Of a DNA stretch of 64,000 bases, positions 44,650 to 54,637 are shown one piece after another. Within the stretch, counting starts at the first letter, position 1, and every line of letters starts with the position of its first letter. The stretch spans positions 1-64,000 of IMG/VR virus record IMGVR_UViG_3300035034_002381; one strand, given 5' to 3'. Under the pieces are notes generated by a model, which made no database searches, was not told the DNA's origin, and saw only the letters and a program-made list of their open reading frames with translations. Made by a program: the position numbers and the translations under genes. The DNA is from a virus. Taxonomy: Duplodnaviria > Heunggongvirae > Uroviricota > Caudoviricetes.

Positions 44650-45468
44650 ATGAATGGTACAGTTAATCCACGAGATTTACTGGTTAAAGAATCACTACTT
44701 ACAGGATTTTCTATTGATCCAAGATATCCATGTATAGATTTCGAAGCAAGAAAATTCAACTATAAATATTTTGCTGCTGAGGTTGCATGGTATTTATTAA
44801 AAGATAATACAACAGAATTTATTTCTAAGTTTTCCAATTTCTGGAATAATATTACAAATCCAGATGGAACTATTAATTCTAATTATGGAAAAATTCTATT
44901 AACACAAATAAACAATACTATCACACCAATAGCATGGGTAGTAAATTCTTTAAGAAAAGATAAAAATTCTAGACAAGCAATTGCATATATTGGAAGTAAG
45001 GATTTTCAATATGAAGGAAATAAAGATTTTGTGTGTACTCAATATATTTTGTTTTTTATTCGAAACGATGAACTTCATATGAAAGTTCAAATGAGATCAA
45101 ACGATATTTTTTATGGATTATCTTATGATGCTCCTTGGTTTTCGTTAGTTCATCAAAATACATTTCTTGAACTAAAAGAATTATATCCAGAATTAAAAAT
45201 TGGAAAGTATTTTCATTTTTCTGATAACTCACATTTTTATCAAAGACATTTTAGTAAAGCTCAAGAAGTCTTACAAGAAGAGGTTAAGCTTGGTCCTAAA
45301 ATTGTTCTTGAGAAACCTTTATGGAGAACTTATGAAAATGGTAATTGCGTTATTACTGAAACGGCTAGTAATTATATAGATTTTTTCAATAAAAATTTAG
45401 GTGATTTATCCGAGTATAAAAACGAACAATTTAAAGAAGTTCTCAAAAAAATCGTAAAAATTAACTAA
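44650..45468 (+). CDS. thymidylate synthase / dCMP hydroxymethylase family pyrimidine-modifying enzyme
   Basis: SRQAIAYIGS, FVCTQYILFF (catalytic Cys position), MRSNDIFYGLSYDAPWFSLV parallel ThyA core motifs; start set at internal ATG (first ATG 44536 would overlap kinase gene). Confidence 0.55.
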   Translation: MNGTVNPRDLLVKESLLTGFSIDPRYPCIDFEARKFNYKYFAAEVAWYLLKDNTTEFISKFSNFWNNITNPDGTINSNYGKILLTQINNTITPIAWVVNSLRKDKNSRQAIAYIGSKDFQYEGNKDFVCTQYILFFIRNDELHMKVQMRSNDIFYGLSYDAPWFSLVHQNTFLELKELYPELKIGKYFHFSDNSHFYQRHFSKAQEVLQEEVKLGPKIVLEKPLWRTYENGNCVITETASNYIDFFNKNLGDLSEYKNEQFKEVLKKIVKIN

Positions 45469-45532
45469 ACAAAAATTTTATAGTACCAATATTTTTTATT
45501 ATATTTGTACTGTAATTAAAAACAACACATAC

Positions 45533-46681
45533 ATGAATAATCAAAAAACAATCCAGGCGATTGAGGATAAATTCTCCGCCGCAATTGAACCGCTGAAAAA
45601 GCAAACTGTTCGTAAAGAAATTAATTTTAGAGACATTGAAATCAATGATTCTAAATTATATTTTCAAGATACACCACTTTCAAAAATTGCACAAAGAAAA
45701 ATTTTGAATGAGTTGCAAGTCAAAAGTGGATTTATCAATTATTCTGAAAAATTGGAAGATCGTGACTGGGAAATGATTTCTAAAAAACTTAAAGATGCAC
45801 AAGGTGATCGGGTTGTTTATGGAAATTTTGAAACCGACTCAGAAAACAAAGAAATTATCCAAAACGTTTTTGGTAAAAAACAAGACAAACCTGCTGCCGA
45901 TCCTGGAGATTATGATTTTTTCATAAACTCAATTACAGAGTCTTTAGGAAAATCTGAAATTGAATATGATTTGGGATCATTTAATTTTGATCAATACCGA
46001 AGAATTTTTGATTTATCCCTGCTAAACAGAGAATCAAGTATTGATATCTTTAAGGATGGAAAAGATATTTGGGATGGCGGTCATTCATTCACATTCAATA
46101 CTTCACAATTTTCTACTTCACCATTTTTCGAAAGATTGGTTTGTACTAATGGAATGAGAAGTCGCCAAAACATGTTTAGCTCTTCAATTAACCAAAGTAA
46201 ATTCAATGTTAAGAAAATATCCAGATTGATTGAAAAAAATATTTTGGATGGTACGGAATCTTTGAATGAAGCAATCATGATTCAAGCTAATCACTTGATC
46301 AAAAACAACATCTCAATTAATGAATTTGATATTTTCCGCAAGAAATTCATTACATCCGACGAAGAAAAACAACACCTTTTCGAAAAAATTCGTAATCAAT
46401 ATTTTGATGATAAGCCTTTCTATAAAGCTTATGGAGAAAATATTGCGGAAAAATCGAAAAAATGGAGATCAACCGCAAATTCAGGAATCAATGCATATCA
46501 ATTTTTTAATATGCTTACCTGGTTAGGTTCTCACCAAAAAGAAACTGGATTGTCTGACACAGTTTCTAGAGATATCCAACTAAGCGCCTCTAATCTGTTT
46601 TTCAAAGAAAATCTTGATTTGGAAGATGTGGCTGGAAATGTTAACGTGGATTATCCTGTTAATGATATTGCGTTCGCATAA
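45533..46681 (+). CDS. hypothetical protein
   Basis: 382 aa. Confidence 0.5.
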   Translation: MNNQKTIQAIEDKFSAAIEPLKKQTVRKEINFRDIEINDSKLYFQDTPLSKIAQRKILNELQVKSGFINYSEKLEDRDWEMISKKLKDAQGDRVVYGNFETDSENKEIIQNVFGKKQDKPAADPGDYDFFINSITESLGKSEIEYDLGSFNFDQYRRIFDLSLLNRESSIDIFKDGKDIWDGGHSFTFNTSQFSTSPFFERLVCTNGMRSRQNMFSSSINQSKFNVKKISRLIEKNILDGTESLNEAIMIQANHLIKNNISINEFDIFRKKFITSDEEKQHLFEKIRNQYFDDKPFYKAYGENIAEKSKKWRSTANSGINAYQFFNMLTWLGSHQKETGLSDTVSRDIQLSASNLFFKENLDLEDVAGNVNVDYPVNDIAFA

Positions 46682-46717
46682 GATTTTCTTTTCATAATTA
46701 ATCCATTCTGTGGATTA

Positions 46718-46751
46718 AAGCCCGAGCAAATTAATGCTCGGGCTTTTTTAT
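46718..46751 (+). terminator. rho-independent terminator (AAAGCCCGAGC-AAATTAAT-GCTCGGGCTTT plus TTTTA)
   Basis: 11-bp hairpin; second hairpin TTAATCCA-TTCTG-TGGATTAA just upstream. Confidence 0.7.
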
Positions 46752-46796
46752 GTTGTTTAAAAATTGATATATAATCTATAAAGAAAATAACATATA

Positions 46797-47360
46797 ATGA
46801 AAAATTTAAAATCTTACGAAAATTTTGAGAATCAACTTTTAGAAAATGGGTGGAGTGGTGAACATCTCGACGCAAATTTTAAACTTGATGGAAATGAAGT
46901 AATTGTGACTTTTGATAAAGCCATGACTTCAGCAGTCAAAAAAGTTCTTGCTGGAAAGAACGATCCTCTACTTGATACAGTAGAGGATGAGATCAGAATT
47001 CAATTAGGTAGAGAAATTGACTGGGATCAAGATGTTGAACCATCTAAATCAGGTATAGGAATGAGATTTGTGCTTGAACATATTCAACTTTTTGAAGGAA
47101 AAGCTTCGCCTGGTGGTGAAATAGAAATTAAAGAACTACAAGATTTGGTAGATGATTTACCTAAAACTGTAATTACACAAAACGCAGAGTACGACAGATT
47201 CGACAGAAATTTTAATTTTGAATTTACAATTAGTGGTGATAATTGGCAGATATATTATGACAAATTGGCCAAGTCACCATATTTATTAAATCTGGATAGT
47301 GGAACGGATAAAGAAATAGTTAATCCACTGGAATTACAAAAATTACTTAAATCATTTTAA
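46797..47360 (+). CDS. protein with capsid-targeting-like N-terminus MKNLKSYENFENQLLE
   Basis: 187 aa; family N-terminus. Confidence 0.55.
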   Translation: MKNLKSYENFENQLLENGWSGEHLDANFKLDGNEVIVTFDKAMTSAVKKVLAGKNDPLLDTVEDEIRIQLGREIDWDQDVEPSKSGIGMRFVLEHIQLFEGKASPGGEIEIKELQDLVDDLPKTVITQNAEYDRFDRNFNFEFTISGDNWQIYYDKLAKSPYLLNLDSGTDKEIVNPLELQKLLKSF

Positions 47361-47361
47361 A

Positions 47362-47640
47362 ATGGAAAATGTAGACATGGGATTATGGGCAGTGAATGTA
47401 ACTGTTTATCAAGAAGATTCAAAAGGCAAAGAAAAGGGTGTTAGACATCCTTATCTAGTAAATGCAGCAAGCGCAAAGCATGCGATTGAAATTGTTGAAG
47501 AAGATTATAAAGGTTCACCACAAAAATGGAAAATATCAGCAATTAAAAAATCTAATGTTGTTGATGTATTAAACTATTCTGGTGTACAGAACCTCACGAA
47601 AAATACACAGCTTGATACTAGTTTAATGTTAAATGATTAA
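47362..47640 (+). CDS. hypothetical protein
   Basis: 92 aa. Confidence 0.45.
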   Translation: MENVDMGLWAVNVTVYQEDSKGKEKGVRHPYLVNAASAKHAIEIVEEDYKGSPQKWKISAIKKSNVVDVLNYSGVQNLTKNTQLDTSLMLND

Positions 47641-47730
47641 TATATATTATATTAACAAGTATAACTGAGGTCATTCTAGGCCATCTAGATTTAACACAGA
47701 AGGTCATAGATATAAAATTTAATACACAAA

Positions 47731-47925
47731 ATGAAAAGTTTCAAAAAAGTCTTAGAAAACAAAGAAGCTGATAAGCTATATACTTTAAAACTGGACTTGA
47801 TCAGTTGGTGGAAAGAAAATTCAAGTAAACCAAATGTTATAAAAAAGAGAAAAAACATTCAAGGTAAAATTGATCAAGTAGTAAAATTATTAGATGAAGT
47901 TGTAGATGAAACTTATGAAAAGTAA
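47731..47925 (+). CDS. small protein, N-terminus MKSFKKVLENKEADKL paralogous to the 7225 ORF
   Basis: 64 aa. Confidence 0.45.
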   Translation: MKSFKKVLENKEADKLYTLKLDLISWWKENSSKPNVIKKRKNIQGKIDQVVKLLDEVVDETYEK

Positions 47926-47930
47926 ATTAA

Positions 47931-48263
47931 ATGGACACACAACAGTTTAACGAAATTGAAGAGATTAATCAGATTAAAGTTATTCCAAATGGTTGGCGAG
48001 AAGTTACAATTGAGTACGGAATTAAAAAGTATGGGACCAGTGCATCACTACTTTTTTGCTGGAGAGTAGAAAATACTAATTTAATTTTCGAGGCGCCATT
48101 AAATCAAGTTTATGAAGATTGTCAAGGTAAGTATGAAGAACATTTTATCAAAGTTTTGGAAGTCTTCTGGAAAGACTTCGTTGAGTGGAAATCACAAGGA
48201 TTCCCAAAACCCTGGATGCGAAAACACAAAGAGCAATTCGGAAAATACATATACACTTATTAA
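47931..48263 (+). CDS. hypothetical protein
   Basis: 110 aa. Confidence 0.45.
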   Translation: MDTQQFNEIEEINQIKVIPNGWREVTIEYGIKKYGTSASLLFCWRVENTNLIFEAPLNQVYEDCQGKYEEHFIKVLEVFWKDFVEWKSQGFPKPWMRKHKEQFGKYIYTY

Positions 48264-48273
48264 AATTAAACAA

Positions 48274-48876
48274 ATGCAAGGACAATTATACCAATGGCAA
48301 AAAGGTGAATACATTGAACAATATTCTAAAGCTATCGATGTAGAAGAAGAAGGCGAGATGTCATTTCTGATTTTTGAAGATGGTAGAAGAATTAACATCG
48401 AACTTATTGAAGAATTTCTTATACCAGTAAATTCAGAAGACGAAGGTTATATTATCAGAGAAGAAGTTATAGATGATTTAGTAGAAATGAAAGGTAAAGA
48501 CGGTGGGATATATACTGTTCCTGGACCAGATCATGGTAAGCGTCGGATCACGAAAAAACCTAAAACCAAACAAGCCAAACCCATCATCACATCGACACCT
48601 AAACAACAAATTAAAGAGGAACCTAAAAATCTTTATCCTAATGATCCTATAATAGCACTCTTAGAAAAATCAAAAAAGGTCACCAAACCTATTAATATAA
48701 CATTACGTTTAGATATTATTACACAAGGTACATACGATCTGATTATTGACAATTTTGAAGATAGTGAAGAAAGCATTGTTGAATATTTGATTTCTTCTAT
48801 CGATAAAAAGGAATTAGTGGAAAGTATAAAGGTTCAACTTAAAGGTTCGTATTCGAAAACACCAATCACAGTATGA
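48274..48876 (+). CDS. hypothetical protein
   Basis: Internal ATG of ORF 48112..48876 chosen to avoid overlap. Confidence 0.45.
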   Translation: MQGQLYQWQKGEYIEQYSKAIDVEEEGEMSFLIFEDGRRINIELIEEFLIPVNSEDEGYIIREEVIDDLVEMKGKDGGIYTVPGPDHGKRRITKKPKTKQAKPIITSTPKQQIKEEPKNLYPNDPIIALLEKSKKVTKPINITLRLDIITQGTYDLIIDNFEDSEESIVEYLISSIDKKELVESIKVQLKGSYSKTPITV

Positions 48877-49403
48877 AAGATAAAAATTTAAAATATGAAT
48901 CGAAGAGATTTAACGTTGTTAAAAAACAGGGTAGAGTTAAAATAGATTATAAAAAAATGACAGTTGGCGTTTTACCATATACTATTAAAGATGGACTCCT
49001 AGACAAAATTGGTATTCTGCATGAATGGAATCCTACAAGACAAGATGATTTTTGTCACACGATAATCACTGGTACTGTAGACCCAGAAGATACTGATTAT
49101 CTTTTTGCGGCAAAAAGAGAATTACTTGAGGAAGGTGGCATTAAAGATACTAATGACGATAATTGGATATTTTTAGGTTCATTTTACGTTTCAAAAGGCA
49201 GTAATGAAATGTGTCACACCTTTGCAGTAGATGTTACAGATCTAGAAATTGGTGAAGCAGTAGGAGATGGTTCTGATGCTGAAGAAAAATCTGAATTTTC
49301 TTTAATGGATTCAGGAAATGCAATTACAATTACTAATGAAAGTTTAGTCTTAGCCTCATTTCTAAGACTGTTTGACTTCTTTTATCAAAAGAATAATGGG
49401 TAA
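48873..49403 (+). CDS. Nudix hydrolase
   Basis: Nudix box GTVDPEDTDYLFAAKRELLEEGGI (G-x5-E-x7-REL-x-EE-GG). Confidence 0.65.
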   Translation: MKDKNLKYESKRFNVVKKQGRVKIDYKKMTVGVLPYTIKDGLLDKIGILHEWNPTRQDDFCHTIITGTVDPEDTDYLFAAKRELLEEGGIKDTNDDNWIFLGSFYVSKGSNEMCHTFAVDVTDLEIGEAVGDGSDAEEKSEFSLMDSGNAITITNESLVLASFLRLFDFFYQKNNG

Positions 49404-49746
49404 TTATATCAATTCATATTTACATGAGAAATTGGATAATAAAATTCAATTAATACATGTTACCACACCTGAAATAGCTAAACAAATAAAAATTGAAGGT
49501 TTTATATCCAGGGGATATATAAATCATAAGTATTATTCAAATTTAGGAAATAACGGAATATATTTTTACGATAATAGAAGACAGGCACAATTTTATGCGG
49601 GACATTTAATGAGTAAAATTAATTCAAAAAAGTGGCACTTATATTTTGTGAAATATTGCGTGGATATACAATGCACAATAGTAAAATTGAAGATGGAATA
49701 TTTATCAAAACTGAAGATTTACCAAAAATTAAAATTAATGGTGTGA
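49372..49746 (+). CDS. hypothetical protein
   Basis: 124 aa. Confidence 0.4.
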   Translation: MTSFIKRIMGNYINSYLHEKLDNKIQLIHVTTPEIAKQIKIEGFISRGYINHKYYSNLGNNGIYFYDNRRQAQFYAGHLMSKINSKKWHLYFVKYCVDIQCTIVKLKMEYLSKLKIYQKLKLMV

Positions 49747-49796
49747 CCATAGAATCATATAGCGAAATTTATTGATACCAATTAAAACAAAATTAG

Positions 49797-50012
49797 ATGA
49801 ACAGAAAAGATCGTAGAAATGCAGAAAGAAGCATGGGTTTATTAAAAGAGAATAGTAAAAAATCTTGGAGTGCCAGAAAAGAAATCTATGACAGAAAACG
49901 TAAGATTGGTAAAAAAATTCATAATGAGAATGTAGAACGTATCCATAATCAACAATTAGAAGAAGAGGATAGAAAGTACACCCAGCGAATGATTGATAAT
50001 ACAGAAGTCTAA
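49797..50012 (+). CDS. small basic hypothetical protein
   Basis: 71 aa. Confidence 0.35.
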   Translation: MNRKDRRNAERSMGLLKENSKKSWSARKEIYDRKRKIGKKIHNENVERIHNQQLEEEDRKYTQRMIDNTEV

Positions 50013-50015
50013 AAT

Positions 50016-50456
50016 ATGCAACTTAAAGATAAAAAAATTTATGTAACAACATTAAAAAAATCTAAACTTAGAAATAAATTTCTAAACTTCAGATTTTACT
50101 ATTTCATATCAGTCCCAGATATTATCAAGGAGTTAGGTGAAGACCCAGAAAATCTTACTGATCGAGGTATTTTTCTAGTTAATAATAAGATTGTTGAAGA
50201 TATTCATAATTGTTTAAAAAGAAAAAAGTATATGGCCATCATATATTCGAATCCTGATTTAAATTATGAAGCAATTAAGAATCTACAAGAAAAATACGCT
50301 GAACATGAAAATATTCTCAGCATATCATTCTTAGATTATAAAAATAAACCAGAAAATGTGGATCTTTGGCAATTATTCGAAGAAGTCATATTCTTTCCAG
50401 AAATGACAAAGAAAAAAATCATTGAATGTAAATCTATTCAAATAGAAGATATATAA
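50016..50456 (+). CDS. hypothetical protein
   Basis: 146 aa. Confidence 0.45.
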   Translation: MQLKDKKIYVTTLKKSKLRNKFLNFRFYYFISVPDIIKELGEDPENLTDRGIFLVNNKIVEDIHNCLKRKKYMAIIYSNPDLNYEAIKNLQEKYAEHENILSISFLDYKNKPENVDLWQLFEEVIFFPEMTKKKIIECKSIQIEDI

Positions 50457-50462
50457 TTCATA

Positions 50463-51734
50463 ATGGCAATAAACTTTCCAATACCTACAGTCGTAGGACA
50501 GATTTATACAAGCGGTGCAAATTCATGGGAGTGGACAGGTCAAGCTTGGAAGGGACTTGGTACTGTTTTACCTGGACCTACAGGCCCTCCTGGGCCTAGC
50601 GAGTACATTCCGCCACCTAGAATTCCTACTATAGAATTAGGAGTTAGAAAGGCTATAAGAGAACTTGGTGAATTTGATAGCATTATGTACAGAATTCCTG
50701 AGATAGATTTTTATACAGAATTTCAAGCTTATAATCCTAAAATATTTCTATTCAGAAAAAACTTTAATAACAAGAGAAAATATGAAACAGATCCAAATGG
50801 TATAGGCACTACTATAAGAACTAATAGAAATGGATCATTCGGACGACCTAAACATATATTTGAATCTAGGAATCCAAATATTGTTAAACAGGCGGCAAAA
50901 AGATTTACTATTTTTGAATGTGATACTAATTTTACTCCATCTTGGGGCGATTCTTTTCCAGAACAAATCCAATTAGTCAATAGTGATTTTACAACGGCAG
51001 TAAATGTTGATGAATGGTTGGTTGATGGTGGAGTACTTGTTACAGGCACTGGAATATTTGTTGATAATAAGGAGACTTTTGAAACACCCGCTATTTCATT
51101 ACCAGCGTACGTAGATAATAACTCTAGAACTAAATTTTCTATACCTATAAAATTTTCAAGTATTCAAGATACAATTGAAATTATAGTTGAAGATGCAAAT
51201 TCTAACGAGATTTCTAGATATCAGATAGTTGAAGTGTTACTAGATACCTTTTATATACCGCTGTTTAATACTGGTGTGAATAATCCTGCCTTTGATATGT
51301 CAGAAATTAAGATTTATCTTAACGCTGATGGTGGATCTTTTGTAATTGAAAAGATTGGTCAACATCCTGATTTTCAAATAGGTAATGTTCCAGATACAAA
51401 TATGTATCAATGGAAAGATATGTTATTATTACCTGAACTAATTCCGTCCGATGCGTTCACTGTATCTAATCCAACATATAATTCAGGAGAACCCTCAAAC
51501 ACACAATTTTTCGATTCAAGCAAAATTGTGTGTGATTGGTATACTAGAGATCCTGGAGTTAGATGGTTATCTACATCAAGTAATGGTTCAAAACAATTTT
51601 TTAAATTTGCGATCGGAATAGAATATCAAAACAAATTATATTATGGACCAAAATCACCAGAGACTCTAGTATGTGAGTATAAAAGAGCTGACGGAATTGA
51701 TGATAATGCTCCTATAGCATTAAATATAAAATAA
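50463..51734 (+). CDS. tail fiber / tail-associated structural protein
   Basis: N-terminus MAINFPIPTVVGQIYTSGANSWEWTGQAWKG, a motif I recognise from tail-fiber N-termini, then collagen-like GPTGPPGPS. Confidence 0.55.
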   Translation: MAINFPIPTVVGQIYTSGANSWEWTGQAWKGLGTVLPGPTGPPGPSEYIPPPRIPTIELGVRKAIRELGEFDSIMYRIPEIDFYTEFQAYNPKIFLFRKNFNNKRKYETDPNGIGTTIRTNRNGSFGRPKHIFESRNPNIVKQAAKRFTIFECDTNFTPSWGDSFPEQIQLVNSDFTTAVNVDEWLVDGGVLVTGTGIFVDNKETFETPAISLPAYVDNNSRTKFSIPIKFSSIQDTIEIIVEDANSNEISRYQIVEVLLDTFYIPLFNTGVNNPAFDMSEIKIYLNADGGSFVIEKIGQHPDFQIGNVPDTNMYQWKDMLLLPELIPSDAFTVSNPTYNSGEPSNTQFFDSSKIVCDWYTRDPGVRWLSTSSNGSKQFFKFAIGIEYQNKLYYGPKSPETLVCEYKRADGIDDNAPIALNIK

Positions 51735-52052
51735 GAAATTAAAAATATTGGGTGGTTATTATATAGAACAAAAATATTGACCTATTACTATACGAAGCAA
51801 AACTTATTGGTTCGTTATTATACCGCCCAAAACTATTGAATAGTGTCTGTCACTTAAAGACACTTCCAAAATTGGGAAGCTTGAACCGAGTTAATTCTTT
51901 TTTTCCTCGAGAAAATTTCTTTTTAGAAAATTTTAGTCTTTCTTTCTTTTCTTTGCCAGGTTCCATACCCGAACTAAAGGAAGTATCATGTTTTTCTTCT
52001 GGCATATGATTTATGATTAATTTAAGATATATATCTTAAATACACAGATTTA

Positions 52053-53924
52053 ATGGCAAACCCAAATTTTTCAGCCACCAGAAATATAACTAATGAGGTC
52101 GACCTTAATTCTCAAGAAGCACAAAATACTCTTGATAATTCTTCTGACCCAAGTGCACCAAGTTCACTTAATGAATCCAGATTAACCAATGATTCAAATA
52201 TTGGTAAAGGTGGTCCATATTCAAATCCAGGTAGAGCAAGTGGCGGGTGGCCTAATTTCAGAAGACCAGGCGAAGAGCCCGACGATATTGCAGCAATTGG
52301 TGCCGACAGTCTTATCGGAATGCCCTTTCCCGATGATGAAGGTGGTAACGGCTATACCATAACTGCGTTAAAAAGAGGACCAGATTCTACAGGAAACTTG
52401 AACGGTTTCGCCGATCCAAGAACATTTATTGATCGACCAGGTGAACAACCTTGGTATAATACTGATGGTGTAAATGCCAGAGAACCATTAACATCCGAAA
52501 TTATTAAATGGGCTCAAAACGGCCAAGGCAGTAGTGAAGGTGGCGGTCGGAACAAAAGGCCATATAAATACACTGATTTTGTTTTCGCGAAATATTGGAA
52601 CAAAATTCCAAATAACTATATGATGACTTTACGTAGGTTTCCATATCCTGTATTTGATAATTTGCAATTTCCTGGAGAGAATGGTGGTGAAGATGTATCT
52701 CCACAAAAATACTACGCGCCTATAGCACAGGCTATAACTTATATGGGAGATGAAACTGAAAACAAACTTTCGAATATAGTTTCGTTTGATGCGGGATTAC
52801 CTCATAGCGAATTAAAGGCGGAAGTCCATGAGATAACTGGTCAAAATCCAGGGGCTGGGTCTGGTCCAGGAGGCGGATTAGCTAGGGTTTTAGGAATACT
52901 TTCTGGTGAAGCAAATGCACAGACAATCATTCGAAATGGAGAAGCAGTAGATCCTTATACAAATGGACCATATATGAATAGAGTACAAGGTCCATTAAAT
53001 AGAATAGATTCAGTTAATCGAAGAGATCCAGGCCTAACGTTTGATCAAAAATTTGAATTAAAGTTTCATTATGTAGCTAGACCGATTGGTGGATCTAATA
53101 CCAAGGCAGTAATGTTAGATATATTGGCTAATTTACTTACGTTAACATATGCTGAAGCCTCATTTTGGGGAGGATCACATAGATTTACAGGCGGAAGGCC
53201 TGCTTATCCGTTTTTAGGTGGTGCTGCTGGAACAAACGCTTTATTCCAAGGTGATATGGGCGGGTTTTATGATGCACTAACAAATCAAATTGCTGACGCG
53301 GGAGCAAATATTTCCAGTATATTCGATTCATTATTGTCTGGAGATCCAATCGAAGGTCTTAAAAATTTAGCTGCTGGTGGTGCCAAATTAGGAATTTCTG
53401 CTCTAATGGCAGGTAAAAGGCCGATGGCTTGGCAATTACCTGCTTTACTTACGGGTAATCCAGTGGGAGAATGGCATCTGACTGTGGGTAATCCATTAAA
53501 TCCAATTATGGAAATTGGTAATTTGGTATGTACAAATATTAAAATAGAGTTTGGTGATGAGATGGGTCCTGATGACTTTCCACTTGAAATGACCGCTACA
53601 ATTTCACTTGATCATGGAATGCCTAGAGATAAAGCTTCGATTGAATCTATGTTTAACCGCGGAGGTGGGAAAATTTATTATGTACCGGATGAATACCAGT
53701 TTGGTACTGGGAAAAATAGTCTTAATGGTACTTCTGTGGATGCGGCCTCATCTCGAGATGCTACAGAACAAGGACAAACTGTTCATCAACGAACTTCTTC
53801 ACAGAGAAATGTAGAAGAAATCGATAGATTAATTACTAACGGAAAAAGAGATGTATCAGCAGTCTCTAAAAATTTATTAGAAACAGCCAAAATGGTTACT
53901 GGTTATGGGACTAATCAAGTCTAA
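52053..53924 (+). CDS. Gly-rich virion structural protein (function unassigned)
   Basis: 623 aa; first gene of tail/baseplate block after long intergenic region. Confidence 0.5.
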   Translation: MANPNFSATRNITNEVDLNSQEAQNTLDNSSDPSAPSSLNESRLTNDSNIGKGGPYSNPGRASGGWPNFRRPGEEPDDIAAIGADSLIGMPFPDDEGGNGYTITALKRGPDSTGNLNGFADPRTFIDRPGEQPWYNTDGVNAREPLTSEIIKWAQNGQGSSEGGGRNKRPYKYTDFVFAKYWNKIPNNYMMTLRRFPYPVFDNLQFPGENGGEDVSPQKYYAPIAQAITYMGDETENKLSNIVSFDAGLPHSELKAEVHEITGQNPGAGSGPGGGLARVLGILSGEANAQTIIRNGEAVDPYTNGPYMNRVQGPLNRIDSVNRRDPGLTFDQKFELKFHYVARPIGGSNTKAVMLDILANLLTLTYAEASFWGGSHRFTGGRPAYPFLGGAAGTNALFQGDMGGFYDALTNQIADAGANISSIFDSLLSGDPIEGLKNLAAGGAKLGISALMAGKRPMAWQLPALLTGNPVGEWHLTVGNPLNPIMEIGNLVCTNIKIEFGDEMGPDDFPLEMTATISLDHGMPRDKASIESMFNRGGGKIYYVPDEYQFGTGKNSLNGTSVDAASSRDATEQGQTVHQRTSSQRNVEEIDRLITNGKRDVSAVSKNLLETAKMVTGYGTNQV

Positions 53925-54637
53925 TGAAATTAGAAAAAACTATAGATAATAAGAGGGTTTTTGAAAAACCTAATGGCGATCAAGTAATTGATTTGACTCA
54001 ACAAAATTATAATCCGGCGAATTTTACAAAAATCATAGATTATATCATAGTAAGTCAAGATTTGGCTATGCGCCCGGATTTAATTTCTATTGCAGCTTAT
54101 CGAGATATATCCGCGACTGATCTTATAATGAAACAGAATGCCATATCTAATCCTTTTTCGATTGATGAAGGTGAAATAATTTTTATTCAAGAAAGGAGAG
54201 AAATAAATCGCCAGTTTAAAGATGTTGGTCGAATAGCAGATAAAAATAGAGTACGTACACAATATATTGATTCTGATAAAGCACCTGGAATCGATGACAA
54301 TTTAGAAAAATTCAATATTAGACAAAAACCTAAACCTGGCATCAATAAACCAGTAGCTTTACCACCTAATTTTGCTAATTTTGGAGATGAAGAAATTAAA
54401 TTTAGAGGTGGAAAAGTCGTATTTGGAGAAGATATTACAGACAATAAAGAAGTTTGTGAGGAAGAAACATTATCAAAATCAGAGTTTTTGAAAAGACTTT
54501 CCAAAAATAGAATGACGAATACAAATAGAAGATCGATTGAGACTGCACAATCAACTTTTAGAACAGATCAGAACAATATTGATAACCCACCAAATAATGG
54601 AAATTTTAGAAATGGTGGTACTGAAGGAGGTAGATAA
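53924..54637 (+). CDS. hypothetical structural-module protein
   Basis: 237 aa; ATGA overlap. Confidence 0.45.
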   Translation: MKLEKTIDNKRVFEKPNGDQVIDLTQQNYNPANFTKIIDYIIVSQDLAMRPDLISIAAYRDISATDLIMKQNAISNPFSIDEGEIIFIQERREINRQFKDVGRIADKNRVRTQYIDSDKAPGIDDNLEKFNIRQKPKPGINKPVALPPNFANFGDEEIKFRGGKVVFGEDITDNKEVCEEETLSKSEFLKRLSKNRMTNTNRRSIETAQSTFRTDQNNIDNPPNNGNFRNGGTEGGR

